Shown piece by piece: positions 8,227-18,545 of a stretch of 63,853 nucleotides of DNA. The DNA lies in the IMG/VR virus record IMGVR_UViG_3300036821_000178, positions 1 to 63,853 of that record. One strand, 5' to 3'. The number at the start of each line of letters is the position of its first letter. The first letter of the stretch is position 1. The notes under the pieces are model-generated. The model saw nothing but the letters and a program-made list of their open reading frames with translations. It was not told where the DNA came from and ran no database searches. The translations under genes and the position numbers were made by a program. The DNA comes from a virus (taxonomy: Duplodnaviria; Caudoviricetes).

Positions 8227-10404
8227 TCATTTATGCGACGCACGCAGGCTCTCCCATTCCGCTAGGGCGCGACGAGCGGCTGCGACTACCTCTGGGTGTA
8301 TGTGACGGTTTCCCCAATGCAGGTCTCCACGGGCCCAGCGTTTTATGGCGTTGATAGCCGTAGCGATAGCCTGGCTTTCGTTCATGGAGTGGTCTCGCAT
8401 CAGGGCCCGGGCGATGTTCTGGGCGTACGCTGGGAGCTGCTGCATGTACCCGACGTGCCGGTCGGGAGTGTGCCAGAGCCCTTCAGTGCCGAGCGGGTGA
8501 TGGACCGTGGAAACGACCGGCGTCTGCGGTGACTTGGCAACAGGCGCAGGAGCGGGCAGGAGAGCGCATCGGCAGTTGTGGGTTAGAATGCCATTGCCGA
8601 TGTACCACCCATTCGCTGCTTCAAGGTTGTAAACGTGCGTCGTTACAACATCCTGCTTGACGTTGACGATCTCGTCGGGCGCTACGTCGCTGGAGAAAGC
8701 GAGAAGTCGCTCGCAGAATCCCTCGGAGTCGACCGAGGCGTCATCCGCCGCCGCCTCATTAATGCTGGCATCAAGCCGCGCGGTCGCAGTGCAGCTATGC
8801 GCGTCAGGATGGAGCAGGCGGGAGCCGACGGACGCGCGGAGCTCGTAGCCGCCGCCCACGAGTCCGTTCGCGGCAAGCCCAAGACTCCGGAGTTCCTCAT
8901 AGCACGCGCTCTCGGCATCGAGCGCAAGGGTGCTGAGCATGGAAACGTCTCCGCGTCCGAGATCATGCTCGCAGGCATGATGAGCAACGCCGGGCTGACC
9001 GTCATCCACCAGAAGGCCATCGGCCCGTATAACGCAGATATCGCTTCCGGCACCGTCGCCGTGGAAGTCCTCGGAGGAAGTTGGCACCGCACCAAAAAGC
9101 ACGGGGAACGTCTTCGCTACATCCTCGATGCAGGGTGGGATGTCATTTACATCTGGGTCGACGGACGCCGCTTTCCACTCGGCCCGCGTGCTGCTGAGTA
9201 CGTAGTCACCTACTGTCAGTTCCGCAGCCGGAACCCATCCGCCGCGCGTGGCTACCGGGTGATTCGGGGTGACGGAAAGCTCGTAGCCGAGGGCGGTGCG
9301 CAGGGTGATGATCTCCCCGACATACTCCCGATCAGTGACCGCCCGGATGTTCCGCCGGCCGAAGCCCTCTACGGCTTCTGTCATTGCGGATGCGGTCACC
9401 TGACTTCCGTCGCGGCCGTGACACGGCGAGAGCGGGGTCAGGTCGCCGGATTCCCGCTCCGCTATATCAGCGGGCACAACAATCCGGCCAGGTGCCGCAA
9501 CGCGAGTTGAGCCGAGGACGCACCGCGGGTGCGCCGGCGGGAACTTGTCTCCCGAAGGGAACCGCTTGCCGATCTCGCGGGACCCGGCAGCCTGGTTAGC
9601 GCGGCAGGCGGCGCAGACGCGGCTGTCGTTCTCGGTCTGCCAGCGGACGCGGGCGATCCCGGCACCGGCATACGCGTCCAGCGCGGCGGCCGAGGAAGCC
9701 CAGGTCACCTCGCTCTGCGCGATGGCCAGCGCGGCGGCGGGGCTGCCGAGGATGGCGGTGATCTCGGCAGCGAGCGAGTCCGCGCCGGCACCGGAGTCCA
9801 GTGCTGCGGTGAGCACCCGGGCGAGCCGGCTGATCCGCGTTTCCACAATCGCGGGAAGGCGGCCCTGCCCCTCGGCCAGGAGGGCATCCAGCGCCGCCCA
9901 GGCTGCTGCGAGCTCACCCGCGCCGAGGACCTGCAGGACTGCCTCGCGGCCGAGTCGCCAGGCCAGCTGCCATAGCTGCCGCAGGACGTCCAGCAGTGCC
10001 GCCGTCAGCGCGGCGGGAACGCCCGCCATGGTGAGGTACAGGCGCGCGTTCGGCCAGGAGGGCTGGCGCTGCGTGACAGGCCGCTGCCGGCGCTGCGGCT
10101 GCCCGGCGGGCGCGGGGCCCGGGGACTGCGCCGGCGGCTCGTGAGGGCGGTGCCGGCGGCGGTGCCGGTGGTGCACGCCGACAGCTTCCTGCTGGCCGGC
10201 GAGCCAGCCCTCGGCCAGCAGGCTCGGGCTGACGGCCGCCGCGAGGGCGGCGGCGATCTGCTGCGCGAACTCAGCGGCGATCTGCTCATCGCGCCACCAG
10301 CCGGGCCACTGCTGGGTGGTGGCCTTGTCCAGCACGTGCCGCTGCACGGTCCGGGCGATGCTGCTGCCGTCTGCCTCGATCGTGACCGGGATGGTCAGGT
10401 CCAC
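8227..10404 (-). CDS. Head morphogenesis (MuF/gp7-like) protein containing an intein
   Basis: WQTENDSRVCAAC and, after intein removal, PPAHPR|CRC; lies downstream of portal. Confidence 0.85.
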   Translation of the reverse strand: MDLTIPVTIEADGSSIARTVQRHVLDKATTQQWPGWWRDEQIAAEFAQQIAAALAAAVSPSLLAEGWLAGQQEAVGVHHRHRRRHRPHEPPAQSPGPAPAGQPQRRQRPVTQRQPSWPNARLYLTMAGVPAALTAALLDVLRQLWQLAWRLGREAVLQVLGAGELAAAWAALDALLAEGQGRLPAIVETRISRLARVLTAALDSGAGADSLAAEITAILGSPAAALAIAQSEVTWASSAAALDAYAGAGIARVRWQTENDSRVCAACRANQAAGSREIGKRFPSGDKFPPAHPRCVLGSTRVAAPGRIVVPADIAERESGDLTPLSPCHGRDGSQVTASAMTEAVEGFGRRNIRAVTDREYVGEIITLRTALGYELSVTPNHPVATRGGWVPAAELTVGDYVLSSTRAEWKAASVDPDVNDIPPCIEDVAKTFPVLFGAVPTSSEDFHGDGAGSDICVIRADGLLVDDGQPGVAHHACEHDLGRGDVSMLSTLALDAESACYEELRSLGLAANGLVGGGYELRASVGSRLLHPDAHSCTATARLDASINEAAADDASVDSEGFCERLLAFSSDVAPDEIVNVKQDVVTTHVYNLEAANGWYIGNGILTHNCRCALLPAPAPVAKSPQTPVVSTVHHPLGTEGLWHTPDRHVGYMQQLPAYAQNIARALMRDHSMNESQAIATAINAIKRWARGDLHWGNRHIHPEVVAAARRALAEWESLRASHK
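8575..9522 (-). mobile_element. Intein in MuF-like gene
   Basis: Starts CVLGST, block B TPNHPV, ends VYNLE...ILTHN followed by Cys; no LAGLIDADG motif seen in the sense frame. Confidence 0.9.
8635..9510 (+). CDS. Putative Vsr/DUF559-like endonuclease encoded antisense within the intein
   Basis: N-terminal HTH (SEKSLAESLGVDRGVIRRRL), SASE, HQKAIGPYNADIA..VAVEVLGGSWH, GWDVIYIW, C-terminal CHCGCG...YISGHN motif. Confidence 0.75.
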   Translation: MRRYNILLDVDDLVGRYVAGESEKSLAESLGVDRGVIRRRLINAGIKPRGRSAAMRVRMEQAGADGRAELVAAAHESVRGKPKTPEFLIARALGIERKGAEHGNVSASEIMLAGMMSNAGLTVIHQKAIGPYNADIASGTVAVEVLGGSWHRTKKHGERLRYILDAGWDVIYIWVDGRRFPLGPRAAEYVVTYCQFRSRNPSAARGYRVIRGDGKLVAEGGAQGDDLPDILPISDRPDVPPAEALYGFCHCGCGHLTSVAAVTRRERGQVAGFPLRYISGHNNPARCRNAS

Positions 10405-10408
10405 CGGA

Positions 10409-13400
10409 TCAGTCCTGCGCGGACTTGGCCAGCGGGATGCGCTCGCGGTTCATCTGGCCGTCCCACGGGCCGTCGGCCTCGTCGACCTCGCCGATCCACG
10501 CGGATACCTGCGTCTTCCCGGCGTGCTTCAGGCCGAGGGTGCGGTGCCAGCCGTCGGCGATCTTGTACTTGCCGCCGCCGGGGGTGTCGACCAGGACGAC
10601 GGGATGCAGGTGCTGCCCGGCGCTGGCATCGGCGGCGATCTGCGCGACGCGCTGCTCACTGCGGGCCCCGCCGGGCCGGCGCCCCATGTCGATGTCAGAC
10701 AGGCTGACGGTGACCGGGCCGCGCCACCGGGCCTTCCTGACCCAGCCCAGCACGCTGGCCGGGTACTGGCGGGTCAGGTAGGCGTAGACGTGCTCGGTGT
10801 CGTCGCCGTGGCCATGGCCGGCCGTGACTTCCCCGGCGGCCTCGGGCAGCAGCCCGGCGGCGATGTCGCAGGCCTGGTCGGCGGTAAGTCCCTTGCCCAG
10901 ATCCTCGGACAGCAGTTCCAGCACCTGGGCCGGGATGTCGCGCGGCTCCCACGCGGCCAGGTTCCCGCCGCGCCGCAGGTGCGACTTGAGCAGGCTCAGC
11001 TCGCGCTCCGCGCCGGCTGACTTGCGCACCGGCCGCCGCGTGCCCGCCAGCCCGCTCTCGGCCCGGGCGTTGGCCATGTCGGCCTCATGCGCGGGCGTCG
11101 GCCGGGCGTTCGCGGCTTCCTGCTGCCGGCCGGTGATCCCGGCGGCCTGGTCGCGGCGCGTCGAGCGCGTGGCCCGGTTGCGCGGCACCCCGGCCCCGGC
11201 GCCGGCGGGCAGCGACGGCGCACCGGTGTGCCGGATGTCGCCGGGCTCCTCCAGGTCGGCCGGCTGGCCCGCGCCGGGCGGCTTCGGGGCTGGCGGCGCA
11301 TTGCCCGGTGCCGGCGCGCCGCCCTGCGGGTTCGCGGTGGCCGTGGAAATGCCGGTGAGAGGAACGAAACCACCCCACTGGGTAGCCCATCCCGGGTCGG
11401 ACGTGATAGGAAGGCCCCACGGGTCGCGGCCAAGCTCCTGCCGCGCCTCGTCAATAGAGCAAAGACCGGCACCCAGCTGCTCGACCAGAAGATCGGTGAG
11501 CAACTTGGAGTCTTCATCTTCTTCAAGTCCCTCCCATTGCCACTCCATATCGTGCATTCCGCACACGTCCTGAATAATGCGATCGAAAATCGCCATCTTC
11601 AGGAAAAGGAGAAGCGGGACGGTAGACTTGCGCTCCTGGATATCCTGGGCCGCGGTGGCCATCTGACGTGCGGCACCGGACGCGACCGTGGTCGAGACCT
11701 CGGGCATGATGCCCAGCTCGAACGGCATTACGTCGAATGCCATGCAGTTATGGCAAACGCCGCCAGTCGTCACGTAAGAGTTGTCGTCCTCCACTTCTAG
11801 GTTATAGACGACGTGTCCGGTGTAATCGGACAATTCGTTAGACCGGACCGGCGACGTCAGGTGCGGGCCGTCGATACGGTAGGTGCCGCGTCGCTCCTGC
11901 TTCCGGACGACCTGGAGAACGTAGATGGTGTCGCTACCCTGGATCTTCCTTCCGTCGATCTCCGACTGAGTCTGCCGCTGAGCACGCAACTGTGACTCCA
12001 GTCCGCAGGCCAGTGCGACCATCCGCATCTGCCAAGCCAGGGTTTCGCTCGTGGTGTAGCCGCGCCAGCCGCTTGGCGTCAGCGTTCCGTCACCAGCGCT
12101 CCAGCCCCAAAGCAGGGATGCGTAGAACTCCGCCGAGCCATCCCAGGCCCATTCGGGCAGCTTCTTACTCTGAGCGGTACCACAGGAGAAAAGTTCCGCC
12201 AGCAGAACACTGGAGCATTCCACTCGCACGCACTTCTCATTGAACATCGGAGTGATCTTCGCGGTAAGTCCGAACACTGCAGAAAGGTCATCGAGTACCT
12301 GCTGCTGATAGGCGACTTCGTCTTCATGGAACGCCCAGGTCACCTGCCCGGCACCAGTGCACCCTTCGGCCATGTAGAAACCGAGGAGGCGTCCGAGGGC
12401 GGCGTTCATTGGCACCTCGCCCGGGATCGGGTTGCAGCGACCAGCGATCTTCAGAAGACCGTCGCCCGGATCAAGCACCCACTTCCGCCTGCGTACGTGG
12501 TCCATGATTCGCAGCCGTGCATCAGCTGAGCCGGTCACCGGGAGCGGGAGCGTCAGCGCGTCGAATTCGCCGCCTGTGTCCTTCGGCCGCGCGTCGCTCG
12601 CCGCAATCCAGCGCGTCTCCTCGTAGGACTGACGATGAGTCCGCGACTGGCTATACCGGGCGCTCCAGATGGGATGATTGCCGGTGACCTCAAGCGGGGC
12701 GAGCCCCTTGGCGGTGATCTTCCGTACTGGCGCGTGTACCGGATTTGACATGGTCTTGCTCACCGCACGCCAGCGTCCGCGATGAGTCATGACCCGATCG
12801 CCGACGCGGACGTCCTCGATTGCCACGAGCCCGCGGCGAGTCATCACCTTCGTGCCAGGAACGCAGCACGTCTGGATCATGATGACGTTGTCGAATGCGT
12901 CGGCAAGCGTCAGGGGCTTCTGCGGATCGACTTTCGAGCCGCCCGGCAGGACGATAATCTTGTGCTGCCAGGACTGGTCCGTGGCCACCGCATTAAGGGC
13001 GTCCTGCAGTTCCCGGAGCTGATTCGGGGTCATGTTGGGATCGCCGGGGGAGACGAACATGCCCGGCACTGACCGGTCGTCGAAGTAGTTGAGGACCCAC
13101 TGCTGCTTGCGCAGCCCGGCCATGATCGGCATGATCGCCCGCTCGACCGGCGCCTGCCCGTAGGGCGACCACACCCGCGGGGTGTACGGCAGGTACATCA
13201 GCTGCGAGTCGCTGTACTCCGCGGCCAGTCCCTTGTCGTCGGTGTCCTCGTCTAGAATCAGGGTCATAAGGTCAACACGGGGCACACCGTGCAAATACTG
13301 CTGAAAAGCGACGTTGGGGGGCGGCGGGCGCTCGCCGCGGACGTTGACGAGGGGCCTGACCAGAGAGCCGTCGATCAGGTCCAGGGCGGCGACGTCGGAC

Positions 13401-14071
13401 CCGAACAGTCCCTTGCCGTGCAGCCGCGAAGGGTGGATGTAGATCGACAGGGCGTCGGTGACGAGCATCTCCTCGAGGACCGCGTCGAACCAGGCGGTGA
13501 AGTCGGAGTAGTTCGGGTCCGGCCGCCGGAAGAACCGGACGGCCTCGGCTCGGCGGGCCGCGAACTCGGCCATTCCCTTGTGGTCGCCGCGCATGGCCTT
13601 GGAGGCGTGCTTGGTCGGCGCGATATCCCAGCCGACGCCTCGCAGTTCCGATTTGCGTAGATTTATGCAACTACGCGCTACGGAGTACAAGTCCGCTAGG
13701 GTGCGTAGTGTCTGAAAGTCCGCGAGCTTTCCGATACCCTCAGTTCCTGGTGCAGCCTGGGGCATATCCCAGCCCACCGGGTACTGCCAGCGACGCGGCT
13801 GGGAGTGGCCCTCGCCCGCAGGCGGCAGGTCGACCGGGACCGGGCCGATCGGGGACAGCGGGCCGAACATGCCGCCCAGGAACTGCATCCACTCGCGTGG
13901 CAGAGCCTGCTGCTGGCCGTAGGCGTGGCCCGAGGTCCACTCGTTGTAGCTGGCCACCAGGGGCGAGGGGCCAGGGCTCAGGAACGGCGGCGGCGCGGAG
14001 CCGTAGCCGCCCATCTGCGAGGGCGCGGTCGCCTTCAGGGCACGCATGATCGCCCGCTGGCTCGTGGCCAA
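10409..14071 (-). CDS. Portal protein with intein and C-terminal ParB-like domain
   Basis: Portal motifs (YGQAPVE, SIDEARQELGRDP); C-terminal PVVLV...IADGWHR. Confidence 0.85.
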   Translation of the reverse strand: MATSQRAIMRALKATAPSQMGGYGSAPPPFLSPGPSPLVASYNEWTSGHAYGQQQALPREWMQFLGGMFGPLSPIGPVPVDLPPAGEGHSQPRRWQYPVGWDMPQAAPGTEGIGKLADFQTLRTLADLYSVARSCINLRKSELRGVGWDIAPTKHASKAMRGDHKGMAEFAARRAEAVRFFRRPDPNYSDFTAWFDAVLEEMLVTDALSIYIHPSRLHGKGLFGSDVAALDLIDGSLVRPLVNVRGERPPPPNVAFQQYLHGVPRVDLMTLILDEDTDDKGLAAEYSDSQLMYLPYTPRVWSPYGQAPVERAIMPIMAGLRKQQWVLNYFDDRSVPGMFVSPGDPNMTPNQLRELQDALNAVATDQSWQHKIIVLPGGSKVDPQKPLTLADAFDNVIMIQTCCVPGTKVMTRRGLVAIEDVRVGDRVMTHRGRWRAVSKTMSNPVHAPVRKITAKGLAPLEVTGNHPIWSARYSQSRTHRQSYEETRWIAASDARPKDTGGEFDALTLPLPVTGSADARLRIMDHVRRRKWVLDPGDGLLKIAGRCNPIPGEVPMNAALGRLLGFYMAEGCTGAGQVTWAFHEDEVAYQQQVLDDLSAVFGLTAKITPMFNEKCVRVECSSVLLAELFSCGTAQSKKLPEWAWDGSAEFYASLLWGWSAGDGTLTPSGWRGYTTSETLAWQMRMVALACGLESQLRAQRQTQSEIDGRKIQGSDTIYVLQVVRKQERRGTYRIDGPHLTSPVRSNELSDYTGHVVYNLEVEDDNSYVTTGGVCHNCMAFDVMPFELGIMPEVSTTVASGAARQMATAAQDIQERKSTVPLLLFLKMAIFDRIIQDVCGMHDMEWQWEGLEEDEDSKLLTDLLVEQLGAGLCSIDEARQELGRDPWGLPITSDPGWATQWGGFVPLTGISTATANPQGGAPAPGNAPPAPKPPGAGQPADLEEPGDIRHTGAPSLPAGAGAGVPRNRATRSTRRDQAAGITGRQQEAANARPTPAHEADMANARAESGLAGTRRPVRKSAGAERELSLLKSHLRRGGNLAAWEPRDIPAQVLELLSEDLGKGLTADQACDIAAGLLPEAAGEVTAGHGHGDDTEHVYAYLTRQYPASVLGWVRKARWRGPVTVSLSDIDMGRRPGGARSEQRVAQIAADASAGQHLHPVVLVDTPGGGKYKIADGWHRTLGLKHAGKTQVSAWIGEVDEADGPWDGQMNRERIPLAKSAQD
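11747..12868 (-). mobile_element. Intein with LAGLIDADG homing endonuclease in portal gene
   Basis: CCVPGTKV start, TGNHPI, LLGFYMAEG and LLWGWSAGDG, ends VYNLEV...VCHN|C. Confidence 0.9.
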
Positions 14072-14116
14072 GGAAGCGCCCCCGTCCGTGTTGTCGGAAT
14101 AGGCTTCAGGCGGGGG

Positions 14117-14350
14117 GTGAGGACGTGCCGGACAGCGGGGGTCTCGGCCAGCGAGGCAGCGAGATTCCTGAACGTCTCGCAGCCGTATGTGGAGGGACTG
14201 ATCGAGACGGGGGTACTGCCGGGCGCGTGCCCGGGCTGCGGACTCATCGACGTCGCAGCGCTGCTTGACTTCGAGCGCCGGGGTGGTGAGCGACTCCGCG
14301 CGGTCGCTGATGAGATAACGCGCCTCGGCGAGGAGCTTCAGGAATCATGA
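14117..14350 (+). CDS. Excisionase-like HTH DNA-binding protein
   Basis: SASEAARFLNVSQPYVEGLIETGVLP motif. Confidence 0.6.
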   Translation: MRTCRTAGVSASEAARFLNVSQPYVEGLIETGVLPGACPGCGLIDVAALLDFERRGGERLRAVADEITRLGEELQES

Positions 14351-14598
14351 AGAGCTGGTACGGACGCCGGGTTCACTTGCACGGGCCGCAGTGGCGGGAG
14401 CGAGGCGATGTCCCGTGGCACAAAGTCTGGGGCGGCCACGCCGGCGACGAATACGGGAACTGCTCGCTTTACCTGCAGACGCTGTTCTTCGGGATCACCG
14501 TGTTCCCCGGCCCGCACTACCAGGACAAGGTGCTACTGCCGTCCGCGCACGATACCGGGGGAAGGTGGCAGGCATGGCTGGAAGCCCGCCGGCAGTAG
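14347..14598 (+). CDS. Hypothetical protein
   Basis: ATGA overlap with upstream gene. Confidence 0.45.
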   Translation: MKSWYGRRVHLHGPQWRERGDVPWHKVWGGHAGDEYGNCSLYLQTLFFGITVFPGPHYQDKVLLPSAHDTGGRWQAWLEARRQ

Positions 14599-14617
14599 TA
14601 GCCGGCTCATGCAACCC

Positions 14618-14983
14618 TCAGGCGGGGACTAGCTCCCCGTCGCGCAGCCACCAGTGGCCGTCGCCCTCGCCGCGCCGCCAGCATCCGCAGCCCAGCGACG
14701 GGGTGAGCGTCGGCCGCTCACGGGTGCCGGTGTTCACCCATCGCGGGCGGTCCCAGCCGCTGACGGGCTGCTCACCGAGCTGGCCGTAGCACAGCCCGGC
14801 GCAGGCCGGGCAGCAGTACGTGAACGCGTCGTAGCGGCCTTCTTCGTCTTCCCACCAGACGAACACCGTCGTCCCGGTGCGCTCCATCTCCGCCCGCTCG
14901 AAAGCCGAGCGGCTCAGGCCGCTGGCGCGGAAGCGCTGGTTGCGCTCGCGCGCCTCGACGGCGGAAAGGACGGTAACGCGCAT
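14618..14983 (-). CDS. Hypothetical Cys/His protein (DUF6527-like)
   Basis: CPAC, PTLTPSL, HWWLRDG motifs. Confidence 0.45.
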   Translation of the reverse strand: MRVTVLSAVEARERNQRFRASGLSRSAFERAEMERTGTTVFVWWEDEEGRYDAFTYCCPACAGLCYGQLGEQPVSGWDRPRWVNTGTRERPTLTPSLGCGCWRRGEGDGHWWLRDGELVPA

Positions 14984-15564
14984 CAGGCCGTTGCCTCCCC
15001 GGCCGCGTCCTCATGCGGGCGCCAGCGCACGCTCCCGTCACCAGCGAACTCAAAGCACAGCCCGCTGACCCGCTGGATCGTCTCACGGGCTGTCTCGCTG
15101 ACGTCCGGGTCAGCCAGGTGCATGGTGTAGAACTTCGCGTAGTGGGCAGCGCGGGTGCCGAACTGGTAGTAGTCGCTGTGGTCGTCCCGGGTGACGCTCC
15201 AGCCGTCGCGCCGGGCAAGGGCCCGCTGCTGGCGGGTCAGCCTCTCGAAGGCGACCCACCCCGCCCCGCCGGGCCGGGCCCCCGGCGCCGGGGCTGGCCA
15301 CCGGCACCCGCGGTGTGAGCCGATGACAAACAGCGTGGCCGGGGACCGGTTCGGAATGTCTATGTAAAATTTGTGGGGGAAATTATATTTCCTGTCGGCC
15401 CACTCGGCTTTCCATGCCGGCTCGGCCGCCAGGTCCTCAGGACGAATCGAGCCGCAGTAGGAGCACCGGCGGAAATGCTCGCCGCTGGCTGGCCGGTCCC
15501 AGGACCAGCCGCCCCATCGCTCTGCCTGCCCGAGGTGGACCGGGTCGAGGCGGGGCTCGCTCAT
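14983..15564 (-). CDS. Hypothetical protein
   Basis: CSYCGS motif; translationally coupled to neighbours. Confidence 0.5.
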   Translation of the reverse strand: MSEPRLDPVHLGQAERWGGWSWDRPASGEHFRRCSYCGSIRPEDLAAEPAWKAEWADRKYNFPHKFYIDIPNRSPATLFVIGSHRGCRWPAPAPGARPGGAGWVAFERLTRQQRALARRDGWSVTRDDHSDYYQFGTRAAHYAKFYTMHLADPDVSETARETIQRVSGLCFEFAGDGSVRWRPHEDAAGEATA

Positions 15565-15818
15565 GCCGCGTCCTGAGGGTCCGGCCCATCCTCGAGCGGG
15601 AAGTAGCACCCGCCAGGCAGGGCACTCGCAGCCCGTGCTTCCCCGGCCTCGGTCCGCTGGCGCAGGCGCGCCAGCAGTCGCTTGGCGTCGCGCTTGGCGA
15701 CCTGGGGGGACTTGCCGGTCACCGAGCCGATCTCGCGCCAGGTCGTGCCGCGCTGGCGCAGGACCGAGATCATCCGGAATGTGGCCAGGTCCGCGTCGAT
15801 GCCGGTGCTCTTACTCAT
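15561..15818 (-). CDS. Small HTH protein
   Basis: GTTWREIGSVTGKSPQVA. Confidence 0.5.
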   Translation of the reverse strand: MSKSTGIDADLATFRMISVLRQRGTTWREIGSVTGKSPQVAKRDAKRLLARLRQRTEAGEARAASALPGGCYFPLEDGPDPQDAA

Positions 15819-16785
15819 CCAGCCCGGCCTCCCAGTCGCCTTCGGCCATGAACCAGGGCGCGATGGGGAAAGAGCCCGGGAAGCCGATCGTCAGATTGCC
15901 GTCCGCGTGCAGCTGCTCGAACGTGGCGCGGTCCTCGTCGCCCAGGTGCCGGAACCGGAAATCGCTGCGCCGCTGACCGCTCAGGAAAGGCAGCCAGTGC
16001 TCTTCCCACTCGCGGTCAAGGGCCCGGGTAACGGGAGCCTCGGTACGGTAGCGCGGAGCGGTTTCGGCGCGGATGGCCGCAGCGATCCCGTCGGGGATGG
16101 CGAGCCACCCGGCTTTCGCCCGGGTCACCTGCTCAGGGGTGGCGGGCTCGGCGATGGTCACCTGATCATCGGAGTCGCCCGGTATCAGCGTCCAGCTCCG
16201 CGCGAGGATCATGAACCACCGGGGCTGCAGGGACCCGCACCACGAGCAGGTCGGGCCGGGTGCCCTGCAGGGATCATCATGATCCACCCAGGTGTCCTTG
16301 CTGCGCTTTGCGTATGAAGGCCTCGCCGCCCGGACCCGGCAGGGGCAGGTATGGCGCCCGGCAGTCACGCCGCCCGCTGCCCCGGCGGCACGCAGTCGCC
16401 GCACGTGCACTGACAGCACCCGCAGTGCGGGGGACGCGGGCGTGCGCCGCAGGTCACCAGTGCCGCGTCCGTGGTCATGCGGTCCCAGCGCGGCAGGTCG
16501 AACGGGGTCCTCGCGCAGCACGCCGTCACCTGCCAGCCGGGCGGCGGGCAGGCGTGCGTGATCTCCTGCGGGTGCCGCACGGAAATCCCCCTCCGGGAAG
16601 AGGGGGGAGACGCCTGCCGGGAAGAGGGGGGCCCCGGCAGTCCCAGTTCCTGCCGAGGCGGCCTCGCGAGCCAGTCCCCGTAAAACACGCTGCCCCCGGG
16701 CGGCGCGCGCCGGGGGGCAGGGCGTTCTCTGTAGGAGAGAGGGCTTCAGGTTACGCCCCGCGTAACGCGGAGGCAAGCATCCCCC

Positions 16786-17175
16786 TCAGCCGGGGGGGTC
16801 GTCCTGACTGTCCTCGGCGGGGTCGGGGGGCAGCGATTCCGGCCACAGGATGCCGTCGTCGCTCCAGTCGCCACGCGGCCAGAACTCGACTGACGCCAGC
16901 TTGGAGTCGGCGTGGAAACGGAACTTGCGCACGCGCGGGCACGCCCGGGCGTGCGCGCCGCCGCAGTGCTGGCAGCGGCGACGGCGGAACTCCTCGCGCA
17001 GCGCGGCGGCCTCGTCGCCCTGCAGCGCAGGCTCTGCCGGTACCTCGCGGAGCCTGCGCAGGGTGGCCAGTGCCCGCTCGACGGCGGCCGCAGCGTCGCC
17101 GCCGATGACGTCGATTCCGGCGGCGCTCAGGGCGCGGCGGATCTGGCTGACCTGGCGGCCTGCGCGGAACATCAC
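16786..17175 (-). CDS. Hypothetical protein
   Basis: CQHCGGAH..ACPRV motif; coupled ORF. Confidence 0.5.
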   Translation of the reverse strand: MMFRAGRQVSQIRRALSAAGIDVIGGDAAAAVERALATLRRLREVPAEPALQGDEAAALREEFRRRRCQHCGGAHARACPRVRKFRFHADSKLASVEFWPRGDWSDDGILWPESLPPDPAEDSQDDPPG

Positions 17176-17710
17176 CCGGCGTCGCCGCCGGCGGCCGGGT
17201 CGTTCTTGGCCAGGAACTGCGGCTCAGCGGCAGCGCTCTTCGGGCACTCGTGCGAGGGCACCCAGGGGGCCAGGACCAGGCCGCACCCGGCGCACTGCCA
17301 GCCCTGCGCGTGGGCGGCCACAGGAGTGACGGCGGCTGGTGCTGTCGTCCGGCCGGCAGGCGCCCACTGGTACCAGATCCCGTTCGACCAGTATCCGCCG
17401 TCGCCGGCGATGGTCCAGGTGCTGCAGTTGACGGCGGGGCTGTAGGTCATCTAGTCCTCCGGAGGTGTCCAGCCCATGGCGAGCAGGGCCTGGCGCGCGG
17501 AATCGTCAAGGAGCACCACGGCGGGTACCGCAGTGGTGAGGTCGTCGAGTACGAGCAGGGACAGTTCGAGCACGGGCAGCGGGGAGTCGGCGTCAAGCGT
17601 GAGCCTGGCCCGCGTGCAGGTGCGCAGTTCATGGCCGTCGATCGTGATCTGCAGGCGCCCGGATGCGCCGGTGATGGCGACCTGGTGGGTGGGGAGCTCG
17701 TGACGGCTGA

Positions 17711-18034
17711 TCACGTGATCACCAGCGATCCGGGAGTGAAGACGGGGATCTCCGGACTGTCGGTGATCTGCACCCAGATGGCATAGGTGCCGGGCCCGAG
17801 GTCCTTGCCGCCGTTCTGAGGGCCGACTAGGCACTGGGCCAGGTAGATGCCGGGCGCGGTGGAATCGGACCAGGACGCGGCGAGCCAGTCGGAGTCTTCC
17901 GGCAGTGCCCAGCCGGACATGAAGGCCATCCGCACGATGTCACCGGTCGGGTTGTAGGCCGCCCCGCTGATGATGGCCTCGACCGGGACCTGGACGTACT
18001 GCGTTGACAGCCGGGACATGCGCACCGAGGGCAC
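17711..18034 (-). CDS. Putative beta-rich virion accessory protein
   Basis: GTYAIWVQITDSPEIPV beta-sandwich-like pattern, within the structural module. Confidence 0.4.
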   Translation of the reverse strand: MPSVRMSRLSTQYVQVPVEAIISGAAYNPTGDIVRMAFMSGWALPEDSDWLAASWSDSTAPGIYLAQCLVGPQNGGKDLGPGTYAIWVQITDSPEIPVFTPGSLVIT

Positions 18035-18545
18035 AGCGTCACTCCGCTGCCGGCGGCCGGGTCCAGGTCAGGTACTTCAGTGCCTGGTCCTCGGTGAACC
18101 CGGCGGCGGTCAGGGCGCTGAATGCCTCGTGCAGCGAGATCGCCGCCTGGTGCAGCGGGCTGGACAGGTCCGTGAAGCCCGCAGGTGCCGGCCGGGGCGC
18201 GGCGGAGGCCGGGTGACGGGCCGCGCTCAGGGCGCGCATGATGCCGGCGGCGTCCTCGTCGGTGAACCGCTCTCCGTCGGGCCCGGAGCTCAGGCCGAGC
18301 CGGCGCAGGTAGGCGGCAAATCCGTCAGGTGCGGTCATGCGGGCACGCTTCCTTCTTGTCGGGCGGGCGGGCGCGCTACGCTGAGCGCCACCCGGCCAGC
18401 AGAGAGGCGAGATGCTCAGGCACATGCGCAGGTGGGTGCGGGAATGGCGGGTGACGCTGGCGCTGCGGTTGCGCGAGCCGGAGATCTACGGCCGGGATCC
18501 GGAGCCGTTCGACGTGGACGACTTCACCGAGGCCGGGCCACCGGA

